A stretch of 64,000 bases of DNA from Felis catus (lineage: Eukaryota): NCBI RefSeq assembly GCF_018350175.1, contig NC_058368.1, positions 215,514,001 through 215,578,000 on the forward strand, given 5' to 3'. Numbering within the stretch: position 1 is the stretch's first letter; each line of letters begins with the position of its first letter. Below the pieces are notes generated by a model that saw nothing but the letters and a program-made list of their open reading frames with translations, searched no databases and had not been told where the DNA came from. Made by a program: the position numbers and the translations under genes. This document shows positions 52,025 through 63,875 of the stretch, one piece after another.

Positions 52025-52170
52025 TTTAAACATAAATCATCAGTCATATGTGTTAGGATATTTTACACACATTTTTGTTCTCTTTTTGAAATTTCACACC
52101 AATTCTTTTGCAATCCAGACCTTCCTTCCCTGATTATTAATCTGTTTTTGTGATCTTATTAAGTATCCTA
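52025..52170 (-). pseudogene. Candidate decayed EF-hand exon with the best-preserved loop
   Basis: Acceptor ctgctttctgttacag; removing one extra GT gives LDCKRIGEISKREQKCV*NILTHMTDD, i.e. D1, G6, I8, S9, E12. Confidence 0.55.
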
Positions 52171-52833
52171 CTGTAACAGAAAGCAGTAGAATTTATTAAA
52201 TTTGACTAACAGTAACGCATGTGCTTTTGGCTCCTTCAAAAGACTGAAGTGACAGGGATTAGACGATAGCTGTTTTCCAGAAATAATCCCACGATCTGAC
52301 ATTTATGGCTAGGACAGCTGGTGTAGTCTAGTTCCTTGTGTCAGGAATAATTTAGTATTTATGTGGCACTTCACATTTTCAAAGTGCTCTTCAATCATTA
52401 ATAAAACATTTCCTTGGACATTCCTGTCAGAGAGGTCAGAATCACTACCAGTAACGAGAACCACTTAATAACAAAATGGTGACAAAGTTACCATAATCCT
52501 CTTTGTTCCTTTGTGTTAATTTTCAAGCATGTAAAATTTGAGCATTTATTAAAACCTTTGACTGTAGTGCATTAAATACCTTGAATTTACAATAAAGATG
52601 TGTGACTATAAAAGATATTCTAAAAAGCTTAAGAAGCTATAACTCCCCTTTCAAAAGCGGGCTGATGTGTTTTTTAGTAGACATAAAATAAATACTCTAT
52701 CGACTAAAGGCTATTCTATTAATTCAGACAGGAGAGGATTCTAGAATATGTAACATTTGAGCAATGTCTTGACCAGAATTGAATACTGTAAGAGAGATTG
52801 ATTAGAAGTTGAAGTCATACATGAGGATTTCTC

Positions 52834-53060
52834 TTTTTTTTTTTTAATTTTTTTTTTCAACGTTTATTTATTTTTGGGACAGAGAGAGACAGAGCATGAA
52901 CAGGTGAGGGGCAGAGAGAGAGGGAGACACAGAATCGGAAACAGGCTCCGGGCTCTGAGCCATCAGCCCAGAGCCCGACGCGGGGCTCGAACTCACAGAC
53001 CGCGAGATCGTGACCTGGTTGAAGTCGGACGCTTAACCGACTGCGCCACCCAGGCGCCCC
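52834..53060 (-). mobile_element. Young SINEC_Fc-type SINE
   Basis: Near-identical to the 40726 copy; CpGs retained; TSD ggatttct(gt)cttt. Confidence 0.95.
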
Positions 53061-53514
53061 GGATTTCTGTCTTTCAAGTGAGTTTAATGGAAACATTAAT
53101 TACCATTTTTCAATTAGATAATCAAAAAGAGTAGTAGGCAATGTTCCTAAATGTTTTGAACTAAGATACATCTGGAGAACACCATGTTCTTGTGCTCAGT
53201 TACCACGAAATAAAATTGTTACCGGTTCACAAATGATGTTGTGGCCTATGTGTGTGATGTATGGTGATGTTTGTTTTTTTTTTTTTTTTTTTTTTTATAC
53301 TGCTCTCCTAAGAAGATTTTGGGAGGACATCCTTACTTCTTACTCTCTAAAGCTATCTGGGCCTGTTTCTTGTTTTGCTTTACTTTTATTTAAGGGAGGA
53401 TAATCAATAAAATAGACATATTCAGAAGTATTGTTTTCTTCCTTGATACTTTTTTGGGACAAATTTATTATTCCATCCCACATGTCAATTTTCTTGTAAA
53501 AAAGTACTATGACC

Positions 53515-53715
53515 AGGGCACCTGGGTAGCTCAGTCTAGGTAAGTGTCTTCCTTCGGACCAGGTTATGATCTCAAAGTTGTGAGTTTGAGCCCTGCGTTG
53601 GCCTCTGTGCTGACAGCTCTGAGCCCGGAGCCTGCTTTGAATTTTGTGTCTCCCTCCCTCTCTGCACCTCCTCCACTCACACTCCTTCTCTCTCAAAATT
53701 AAATAATCTTTTAAA
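53515..53715 (+). mobile_element. Can-SINE
   Basis: TSD aaaaaagt(a/g)ctat(g/t)acca. Confidence 0.92.
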
Positions 53716-53894
53716 AAAAAGTGCTATTACCAACGTTTTATTTTCTAAAATATGTATTTTTGATAGTTAAATCCACTTTTTAAAATTCTTATATTGCTAA
53801 TCTGTGATTTCTATTTAGTTTGTGATCAGGCTTACTTAAAGTGCTATTAATTTATTATTTCAAATAAATTCTGGCTTTTAAATATTTTTTCGGT

Positions 53895-54075
53895 GTCAAG
53901 AGTTGGCTTTTCTTTTTAATGTCAGATAAGAAATATTTTAGGTTTGGTTGATGCATGCACTCTATTGCAACTTCTCAAATTGGTCATTGTAGTATGAAAG
54001 CAACAATGTAATACATATAGGAATAAGCATGGCTACGTTCCAATTGCGCTTTCTTTTAATAAAAACTTCATGGTT
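53895..54075. mobile_element. MER58-like hAT DNA transposon relic
   Basis: cagataagaaatattttaggttt...cattgtagtatgaaagca...gcatggctacgttccaat. Confidence 0.7.
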
Positions 54076-54683
54076 GCTGCAAGTCGAGTAAATATTTGAT
54101 AACAGGAATATCAGTGTTTGGGAAATAAGTCATCTTTGAAGCATCTCTGGGCAATGTGCCACATTATCTAACTCAATTTTAGAAGGAAAACACTGGCAGC
54201 ATTTGGCTTAAAGGAGGGCTACAAAGTTTCTGGTATAATGAGAATCAGATCATAGAACTCTTAAAAAGTGCCTAACATAACCACTTGTTCATGTTTAATT
54301 AGAGTAAAAACAACCCGCTGACTAAGGACTACAAAACTCTGTATCATCTAATTCCTTTTAACCTTGAGACACTCTGTTTCACTGCCCACTTTCCTGTAAC
54401 AATGACACGTTCTTTAGGTCTTGATACATCTAGTCTGTTCCTTTATCAGGACCTTTGCTCCTTTTTCTTGGCTGCATCGTTCTTCCTTCATAGCTCTACT
54501 TCTCTGGCTTGGAGCAGTGTAGTATAAAGCATAGGGCCACCCCTCTGCTACCAGACCCCGCTCATAAATCATGATTTGACACCTGGAAATGGTCATTTGT
54601 AACATTTCCCTCCTCTGCTTCCCCTGTGCCCCAGGAATAATCATGGGATGAAAAGAATAATGGCCAGACAACAAATGTAGGCA

Positions 54684-54766
54684 ATAAATACTTTCATTAT
54701 AAGTATTTATACTTATAAAAGTATATATATACTTTTATATATATAAAAGTATAAATACTTTCATTA
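54684..54766. repeat. 16-bp direct repeat enclosing two overlapping 26-bp perfect palindromes
   Basis: ataaatactttcatta at 54684-54699 and 54751-54766; palindromes at 54714-54739 and 54728-54753. Confidence 0.9.
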
Positions 54767-54909
54767 CATGTCTATAAGAATGTAAGAGAATACATTGGAA
54801 ATTAAAATAATAAAATAATGCTTTCAATATAAGAAGGACAATAAGAAATGGAGTAATTTACTTTTTATGTTAAAATATGTAGTTTCTGAAAAAAAAAAGA
54901 GGAAAATAA

Positions 54910-56345
54910 AAGACATCAGCCATGCTGATGGACACCAGCATCATGACCAGCTGCTTGGGGACTATAACATTAACCTGCCTGTGAACAGACCCTGCTAACT
55001 AGCCCACCCAGAATCTCTGGCTTGGGCTCACTGGTAAAGGGATTTCCCTGTCCAAGCTAGCCTACCAAGACTGGAATTGGTGACTGATCCTTCAAAAGTA
55101 AAGACATCATGAAAATATACAATGATCAAGAAGTACCAGGGAAACATGATGCCACCAAAGGAGCAAAATAAATAAAGCATCAAAAGAACTTTACTTATTG
55201 AACTACCTTCCTAAAAACAAAAGCAAAAACACAGCACAATTCTTTTAAGGAAACACAATAAGCCACAAGAGAAAACAGGTAAATAACTAAATGAAATCAG
55301 GACAATAATACTTACACAAAATGAAAATTTAACCAAGAGAAACTATTAAAAAAAAATAAGAACCAAGCAAATTTCTGGAGCTGCAGAATACAATGACTGA
55401 TATGCAAAATTCAATAGAAAGTTTCGAGAGCAGACTTCATCAAACAGAAGAGTCAGTACATTCTTGACAGGTCCTTTGAAATTATTGAGTTGGAGAAACA
55501 AAATAAAATAAAATAATGAAATAAAATAAAAAATAAAGAAATGAAGAAAGTAGGTGGGATTTCTAGACCATGTTTAAGTGAAACGATGTATGCATCAGAT
55601 GAGTACCAGAAGGAGAAGAAAACGAGAAAAAGTAAAAAGGGTAAATTTCTAACTTAAAGAAATGCTGGTTGAAACTTTCCCATATCAAAGAGGGAAATGG
55701 ACGACCAGACTCATGAAGCCCAAAGGACAAACCAAACAAAGGGAATCCATCACCACTTACAAGAAATGTTACAGGGAATTCTTCATTTTGAAATAAAATG
55801 ATGCTAAACAGAAACAAGCAAGTCTGTAAAAGGTAAAGGTATTTAGTCTAACTCAGAATACTCAGTAATATAAGGATAATGAGTATGTTAATTTTGTCCC
55901 TAGTATAAATGTTAAAAGACAGAATTATGAAGAATACCTGTAACCACAAAAATGTGTTAATGGATATACAAAAAAAAAAGTTAATTCTGACATTAATAAA
56001 AAGTTGGGGGAGAGGGAATAAAATTGTAGATTTTTTGCATGTGATTACAGTTAAGTTATAACAGTAAAACACTGTTATAACTATAAGAAGTTTTAGGTAA
56101 GCCTATAGTAACCATAAACAAAAACCTATGAAAGAAACCAAACAGGAAAATAAAAAAAAAATCAAAGTCTACGATTACAAAAAAAAAAAAAAAAATCAAA
56201 CCCCAAAGGAAGAGAGGAAGAGAGGAACACACAAAAAAAGAACTACACAATACACAGAAAACATCCAAATGACAGTAGTCCTTTCAATTATCTACTAATT
56301 ACTTCAAATGTAAGTGAACTAAACTTACCAATAAAAGATATATAG
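54910..56345 (+). mobile_element. Older L1 5'UTR end, deleted ORF1 and ORF2 start
   Basis: ORF1 motifs (ctggagctgcagaatacaatgactga); ORF2 start atgacag...tcaatta. Confidence 0.75.
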
Positions 56346-57608
56346 AGAGGAGGTTGTCCAAGATGACAGTGTAAGAAAACCCTAAATTCACCTTGACCCA
56401 CAGACACACCGACTCTACAGCTATATATAAAATAATTCCTAATGAAAAAGAACTGAAGATTAGCTGAACAGATTTCTCCACAAGGGATAAACAGGCCACA
56501 TCAAGACAGGTAGGAGACACAGGCTTGCCAAAAATCCTACCCCCAGCATGGTGACTCACAATAGGAAAGAATCATATTGGTCCAGAATCTCTCCCTGAGG
56601 ACTGGGGGATTGTGCCTCATACTGGGCACCCCAACCCTTGAGACCTGCACTAGAGAAACAAGGTTCAAACACATGGATTTGAAAACCCATGGGGTTGATG
56701 TCTAAAGCATCTGGGGGTTAGTGTGAATCAGAGATCATCCTTTTGAAGAGCTTACATGCATTCATTCTTCCAAGGACCTAGTGCAAAGGCAGTGGCTTGA
56801 GAGGTAACTGGATTCTATGTGAAGGATATTTAGCTGCCAATCTTAAAGTGCCTGCCCAAGGGGCAAGAGTCAGTTGAGACTTTCTTTGGGGATGAAGGCA
56901 TTTGCTAGTGCACTTTCCCTCTACCTTGCTAATGGCAGGTGGGTGCATGCAGACAAAGCCTCACTAAAGTTTGGGTATGTCCCACACCCAGCACTCTTCC
57001 CCAGCATCACTAAAGGTCAAGGCGTGTACAGAGAGAAGACTGTAAGGCACCCTTAATGTACCTGTGGAAAAGGCCCCTCTACTTGTCCTGAAGCTTAAAC
57101 CTGAGAGAAGGACTTCAGTATGGCCACATGCTAAAAGCCACAGAGGCATTCTCAGGAAACACAAGCAGGAAGAAACCCTCTGAGCCCTCCATTAGCCTCA
57201 CTACAGGTCACTGCTACTTCCCAGAAAGGAGCCTATACATTCATCTGAAGCTCCAATTTTTACAACAGTTTCCCAGTGGACAATTCCAGATCTCCTGTTC
57301 TATGAGGTCAGCAGAGTTTACAATTTCAGTCCCACAAGACTGGATATATTAACATACTTTAAAAGCTTCTGCCTGAGGATCTGGCTTTCAACCAGCCTGA
57401 AACTAGGTGCCGCCTGGTATCAGTCTGTCTGGAACACTGGCAGGTCTTGGCGTACTCTCAACAACTAGGAACCATCAAGAACAAGCCAGGCTACTTAGAC
57501 AATCACAGAAGCTCAAGAAATAACAAAGAACTAAGGCAAAATCGAGCACTAAGTTTCATTTCCTACACAATGCTACTACTTCAAGCCTGAGAGAGAGGGC
57601 AGCTGTTT

Positions 57609-58206
57609 TATAATAGGGAAAGACAGGATAAGTTAGGCAGAGAGGGAAAGGTTAGCACCTGAGGTCCCTGGGTGGGGAAAAACACATATTTTGGAACAAT
57701 GTTGGGAGGGTCTGGCCACAGCAAACTCCCTTGGGCATAAGGTTCGTCTTAAGAATGTAACAGACACCAGCTACTCCACTCAGGGTCCCCTCAGGAATTT
57801 GACAAAAGACCTAACTAAAAATAAGTAGACCATAAAATGTATGATCCACAAGGAAAGGTATGGCACAGACCACCCCTTATACAATGGAAACAAGCCAATC
57901 AAAAAGGAATGGCTAGGCAGTTAGTTATTTAGCCAGTAAGGGTAGAACTGGAGAAGGAACAAGGGAGAACGGAAGCGGGGGCCGGTCAGAACCTTATAAA
58001 ACAAAGTCCCTTGCCTATAGTCCATGGGCATTCAACTTTCTAATGTCCCCTCTTTGCAAGGAGATCTTTCATATTATTCTTCCTTTCTAATCTTATACTC
58101 TAATAAACTTTTGCCTACTGCTCATTTTATTCTGTGTCCACCTCTTCATTCTTCAAAGTGGTGAGATAATGAACCTTGGGTATTGAGGTAAAGACATCCT
58201 GCAACA
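57609..58206 (+). mobile_element. ERV solo LTR inserted in an L1 5'UTR
   Basis: CCAAT at about 57895, TATAAAA at 57995-58001, AATAAA at 58102-58107, ends gcaaca; L1 resumes afterwards. Confidence 0.8.
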
Positions 58207-59065
58207 TTCCCACCTAACACACAGCAACAAATGCAATTTTATGCAAAATGAAAAGACAGAAGAATATGTTCCAAATGAAAGAATTTGATAAAAACTCAGA
58301 AAAAAAGACCTTAATGAATGGAAATAAGTAATCTACTGGATAGAAATCAAATTAATGGTCATAAAAATGCTCACCCCACACTCAGCAATAGAATGAATAG
58401 AGAATTAGAATATTAGAATAGAGAATAGAGAGAATTTCAAAAGAGATAAAATATATATGAAAGTACTAAAAGGAGTCACAGAGCAGAAGAAAACCATGAT
58501 TGAGCTGAAAAATATATTAGTGGGGTTCAACAGCAGATTAGCTGAAGGAGAAGACTAGATCAGTGACCTGCAAAACACAGCAGTGGAATTCACCCAGAGG
58601 CACAACTAGAAAAAAAGAATTAAAAAAAAAAAGAATATAGCTTAAGGGACCTATCAAACAATATCAAGCAGAATAACATGTATATTATAGTGGTCCCAGA
58701 AGGAGAAGATAGGGAGAAATGTACAAAAAAAAACCTGTTTTCAAAATAATAACTGAAAATTTCCCTAACCTGCAGAAGGAAACAGACATCTGTATCTAGG
58801 AAACACAGACAATTCAAATAAGATGAACCCAAAGACTTCCACACCAAAACACATCATGATTAAAGTGTTGAAGTTAAAGAGAGAATCTTAAAAGCAGCAA
58901 GAGAAAAAAAAATATTATGTATAAGGGAATCTTTATTGGATTATCAGCTGATTTTTCAGCAGAAACTGCAGACCAGAAGGAAGTGGCATAACATATTCAA
59001 TGTGCTGGAAAGGAAATACTCTCAACAAAGAATACTGTGCCCAGCAAAGTTATAATTAAGAATCG

Positions 59066-59265
59066 AGGAGTACTTGGATGGCTCAGTCAGTCGAGCTTCT
59101 GACTCTTGTATTTGGCTCAGGTCATGATCTCACAGTTCGTGAGTTCAAGCCCCTCATCGGACTCTGTCCTGACAGCTTGGAGCCTGCTTGGGACTCTTTC
59201 TCCCTCTTTTTCCACCCCTTCCCTGCTCTCTCTCTCTCTCCCCCTCAAAATAAATAAATAAATAA
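59066..59265 (+). mobile_element. Can-SINE
   Basis: ggatggctcagtcagtcgagc...aaataaataaa. Confidence 0.9.
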
Positions 59266-60129
59266 AAATTGAATGGGAGATAGAATTTTCCAGACAAGCA
59301 AAGGCTAAAGGAATTTATCACTATGAAATGAGTTTTACAAAAAATTCTAAAAGGACAGTTTTAAGCTGAAAAGAAAATGCACTAATGAATAACAACAGAA
59401 CATTACAGTAAAAATCTCATTGGTAAAGGAAAATATACAATAAAGGTAGTGGATTAACCTTTTATAAACCTAATATGAAGGTTAAAAGAAAAAAAGTAGT
59501 AAAAAATTATAACTCTAATTAGTTAAGGGCCAGAATTACCCTGAAAATAAAACCAGACATGAACACACACACACACACACACACACAAAGGAAAATTATA
59601 GACCAATATCCCTGATGAACATAGACACACAAATTCTCAACAAAATATTAATGAACCAAATTCAAGAATACATTAAAAGGATCATACAGTGTGCTCAAGT
59701 AGGATTTATTCCATGGATTCAAGGATGTTTGGACAGTCACAAATCAATCAAAATAATATACTGCATTAACAAAAAGATAAAAATCATAAGATCATCTCAA
59801 TAGATGCAGAAAAGCATTCAACTAAATTCAACATTGTTTATGATAAAAACTCTCAACAAAGTGGATATAGAATGAATGCACCTCAAAATAATGGAAGTCA
59901 TATATGGCAAACCTACAGCTAACATTGTCCTCAATGATGAACAGCTAAAATCTCTAAAATTAAGTATAAGACATAGATGCCAAGTCTTACTACTTTTTTC
60001 AACATAGTATTGGCAGTTCTAGTCAAAGCAATTAGGCAAGAAAAAAAAATGCATCCAAATTGGAAAGGAACAAGTAAAAGTGTCACTATTTGCAGATGCT
60101 ATCATTCTTTATATAAAAAACCCTAAAGA

Positions 60130-60132
<3 letters not shown>

Positions 60133-60169
<37 letters not shown>

Positions 60170-60186
60170 ACACACACTCACACACA
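60133..60186. repeat. (CA)n microsatellite
   Basis: CA run with CT interruptions. Confidence 0.95.
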
Positions 60187-61639
60187 GAACAAATGAATGA
60201 ATTTAGTAAAGTTACAGAATATAATAAAAATATATACAAAACTGTTGCATTTCTATACCCAATAACAAACTTTCTGAAAGATAAGAAAATTTCATTTATA
60301 ATTGCATCAAGAAGAATGAAATACCTAGAAATAAATTTATCCAAGGAGGTAAAAGACGTGTGTAATGAAAACTGTAAGGTATTAATGAAATAAATTGAAG
60401 ACATAAATAAATAAAAGACATTCCATGTTCATACCCTGGAAAATATGATATTGTTAAAATGTCCATGATACTCAAAGAAATATACAGACTCAGTAAAATA
60501 CTTACCAAAATTTCAATGGCAACTTTATAGAAATAAAACAAACAATTCTAAAGTTTGTATGAAACCACAGGAGACCTCAAATAGCCAATGCAATATTGAG
60601 AAAGGAGAACAAAGGTAGAGGTATCATGCTTCCTGATTTCAAGCTATACTACAAAGCTATAATAATCAAAACAGTATGGTATTGGCGTAAAAACAGACAC
60701 ATAAACTAACGTAATAAAATAAAGAGCCCAGAAATAAACCCACCCAAATATGGCCAATTTATGACAAAGGAGGAAATAATACACAATGGGAAAAGGACGA
60801 TCTCCTCAATAAATGTTATTTAAAAAAACAAAACTGGACAGCCACATGTAAAAGAATGAAACTAGACCAGTATCTTACACCATACATAAAAATTAAATAA
60901 AAATAGACTAAAAACTTGAATGTAAGACCTGAAGCCATTAGGTTACTAGAAGAAAACATAGGCAGTAAAGTCCTTGACATCTGGTCTTGGCACTGATTTT
61001 AGGACCTGACTCCAAAAGCAAAGTCAACAAGTGGACTTCATCAAATTGAAAAACTGCACAGCAAAGAACCCATAAACCAAGTGAAAAGGCAACCCACTGA
61101 ATAGGAGAAAATAATTAGGGGTTAATACCCCAAATTTACAAAGACCTCAAACAAATTAATGACCAAAAAAAGCCAATCTGATTAAAAGCTTGTCAGAAGA
61201 ATGAATAGATTTTTTTTTTTACCCAAGGAAAAACTAAAGGTGGCCAATGCAAATGAAAAAATGTCATTAGTTATTAGGGAAATGCAAATCAAAACCACAA
61301 TGAGACATTAACTCAACACCAGTCAGAAGGGCAATTATCAAAATGGCAAAGAACAAGTGTTAGAGAGGATGTGGAATAAAGGATTTGAAGAAAATGTATT
61401 ATTGTATTATGTCCATATCATTATGATACATTAATCATTATATGATATACACAATTATTTTCTCTTACTCATTATAATATACACACAGGAAAGCAATCTT
61501 TAGTCATCCTTAGCTGTCATTTTTTACTGTATGGGATAATTCTTGACAAAGAAACTCAATAATTTTTTCTGGAACTATAAAATATATAAAGTATGTAGAG
61601 AGAATAATACAATCATAAAACCCCTGGGTCAATAGCTGT

Positions 61640-62070
61640 GCCATTTGTTGATATGGGAAATACTGGAAGAAGTTTTGGTTGTAGAGAAGCATGAGTTTCT
61701 TTTAGACCAGGCTTAATAATCACTAAGGACAGGATTAAGAAGATATCAGAGATGGAGAGATGAAACTAGGCATGAGTGCTGGCGCGATATTTAAATAATA
61801 AGAAGTTATAGAAATAAAACTTCAGCTGTGTGACAGGCTGATGAGAGCTTTAGTCAGAAAAAAAAAAATTCCATTTGGTTTAGCCACACGGAGATATTAA
61901 CAAGTGCAACGATGGATTTAAAGGGTGGAAGCCCGCTGAAAAAGGGTAAAAGAGTAATTTAACTGATAGATTAAGAAGTAGAAGCTGTTTGTAGAAAAAC
62001 ATTTTGTAAAATAGACAAAGAGAATGAATTAATAGGGCCATGGCTGGAAGGGGATATTTTATAAGGATGT
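61640..62070 (-). mobile_element. LINE-2 relic
   Basis: gctgtgccatttgttgatatgggaaa; ccatttggtttagccacacggag. Confidence 0.55.
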
Positions 62071-62174
62071 TTTTCAGACAGACCTACCCTGGTTCATATA
62101 AGGTAAGAAGTGTTCACAATGCCTGCTGAGCAGACACCAGATTTTGAAGATTTGATGGGAATAATATATATACT

Positions 62175-62235
62175 TTTAAACACTTTAATGCTTATCTTTA
62201 AGAGAGAGACAGAGTATTAGCAGGGGAGGGGCGGG

Positions 62236-62279
<44 letters not shown>

Positions 62280-62407
62280 CCAAAGCAGGGTCCAGACTCT
62301 GAGCTGTCGGCACAGAGCTCCATACGGGCTCAAACTCAAGGACTGGGAGATCAGGACCTCCTAAGCTAAAGTCAGAGGCTTAACCAACTGAACCACCCAG
62401 GTGCCCC
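62175..62407 (-). mobile_element. Can-SINE with (GA)n
   Basis: Antisense SINE ending ccacccaggtgcccc. Confidence 0.9.
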
Positions 62408-62409
62408 AA

Positions 62410-62580
62410 ATATAAATTGTTTCTTAAGCATATTTTATATTGAGTACATATCAAGGTGGCAATATGTTTAATATGTTGAGTTAAATAACATATTATGAAA
62501 AATAGCTTTACATATTTCTTTTTTATTTTTAATGTGGTTACATATGTGGCTCACATTGTATTTCTATTGCACAGGGCTGA
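62410..62580. mobile_element. MER3-like hAT DNA transposon fragment
   Basis: tatgtggctcacattgtatttctattgcacagggctg terminus. Confidence 0.7.
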
Positions 62581-62635
62581 CATAAAATATAATGAAAAGT
62601 CTGACTCAACTGAGGGAGAGATAGGAAAGGAAGAG

Positions 62636-62752
62636 GAAACTAATTTCTCTCAATTTGATAGACAAAAGATGAAATTATAAATAAGGTTGATTGGGTTCAA
62701 TCTTTTAAAGAAGGCAGAGGATGCATATAGCTGCAAAAACTATGTCTTGAAT
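62636..62752 (-). pseudogene. Candidate decayed EF-hand exon
   Basis: Reads IQDIVF/SSAFFKRLNPINLIYNFIFCLSN*EKLV. Confidence 0.45.
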
Positions 62753-62854
62753 TGTGGAGACAAAGTGTGAACGTTTAGGTGTGCTTTCTGTATGTGGTAT
62801 ATGTTCCATTGTTTCAGTGGATTGCTTTTATGCGGTTTGGATCTAAGATGGCAA

Positions 62855-63590
62855 GCTGTGTTGGACATATGCTAGGCTGGTCTCTCTCATGATATCCATT
62901 CGCACCCATACCTTTGTAATCACTTTCCTTACGTGTGGGTTGGATCTGTGACTTGCTTCAAGCTAATAGAATATGACAAAAGTGAAGAGGTGTTGCCAAT
63001 GGAATGAAATTTCCCAATCAGTTCTATTAGAGTTGATCAAAATGGATACTATTTTGTGCTGGGCTGACTTAATCAGGTGAAAGCCCTTAAAAGAGGGACT
63101 AGGACTTCCTGGAGGTGAAATATTGTCCTTTCTGGTTTGAGGAAGTAAGCAGTCATGCTAAGGAAGCTCACTCACAAAAAAACAAAACAAAACAAAACAC
63201 AAAAAAACAGAAAACAAAAAAAAACAGAAAACAACAAACAAACAAACACTGCAAGTGGCCTCTGGGAAATTTAGCGGACTCTAAGACCTGAGAGTGGCCT
63301 CCATCCTCGGATGTGCAGAAAGCCAGTGCCGTCGCTTATACAGTCATGAGAAAATGACTCCTACCGACAACCCGAATGATCTTTGAAGCAGATTCTGCCT
63401 CGGGTGAGCCTCCAAAATGAGAATGTGGTCTGGCTTACAGCCTGATTGTAACTTTTTGAAACCCTGAGCAGAGCAGCGAGTGAAGTTGTGTTCAGATGCT
63501 TGACTCCAGAAATGTGAGGTAATAGACGAAAGGTGATTAAAATTGCCAAGCCTGTGCTTATCTGTAAGGCAGCAACAGAAAATTAATACA
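62855..63590 (+). mobile_element. MLT1E-like MaLR LTR
   Basis: ggatctgtgacttgcttc..aatagaatatgacaaaagtga; gagcctccaaaatgagaa; gcagcaacagaaaattaataca. Confidence 0.85.
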
Positions 63591-63789
63591 TAGCCTTTTC
63601 CCTTTAAACAATTTGGATGGTGCACATCAGAGTTCTGGACCTCTAAAAAAGCTGAGTTCTAGTCTGAGATATAGTATTTAAATCTGTTTTAATCTTCTCA
63701 CTTCACTGTTGTATGCAAAAAAAAAAATTGGCCTAAATTAAATCCTTGATTATTTTCAACTCCAACAGTCTATTTGATTATGAAATAAC

Positions 63790-63875
63790 CAGAGAAGGAT
63801 TCTCCGTGATCATTTTCTACAACTTTCAGAGCCACCTTAACACTTGGAACCACTTTTCTGCAACTTTATACAATC
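63790..63875 (-). pseudogene. Candidate decayed EF-hand exon
   Basis: Reads LYKVAEKW/PSVKVALKVVENDHGESFS. Confidence 0.4.

Larger units (their letters stand above)
56346..61385 (+). mobile_element. Carnivore L1: 5'UTR, ORF1, ORF2 lacking the endonuclease region, 3' truncated
   Basis: ccaagatgacag 5' start; [45 protein letters not shown]; spacer fused to mid-ORF2 near 59528. Confidence 0.9.

Noticed and set aside
1200..61385. L1 orientation bias as evidence for a host transcript
   Set aside because: Orientation is mixed (minus at 1-10 kb and 48-50 kb, plus elsewhere) and there are too few independent insertions.
595..62407. Recurring 200-bp repeats as a CRISPR-like or other array
   Set aside because: They are dispersed SINEs in both orientations with individual TSDs and no regular repeat-spacer period; the DNA is mammalian.
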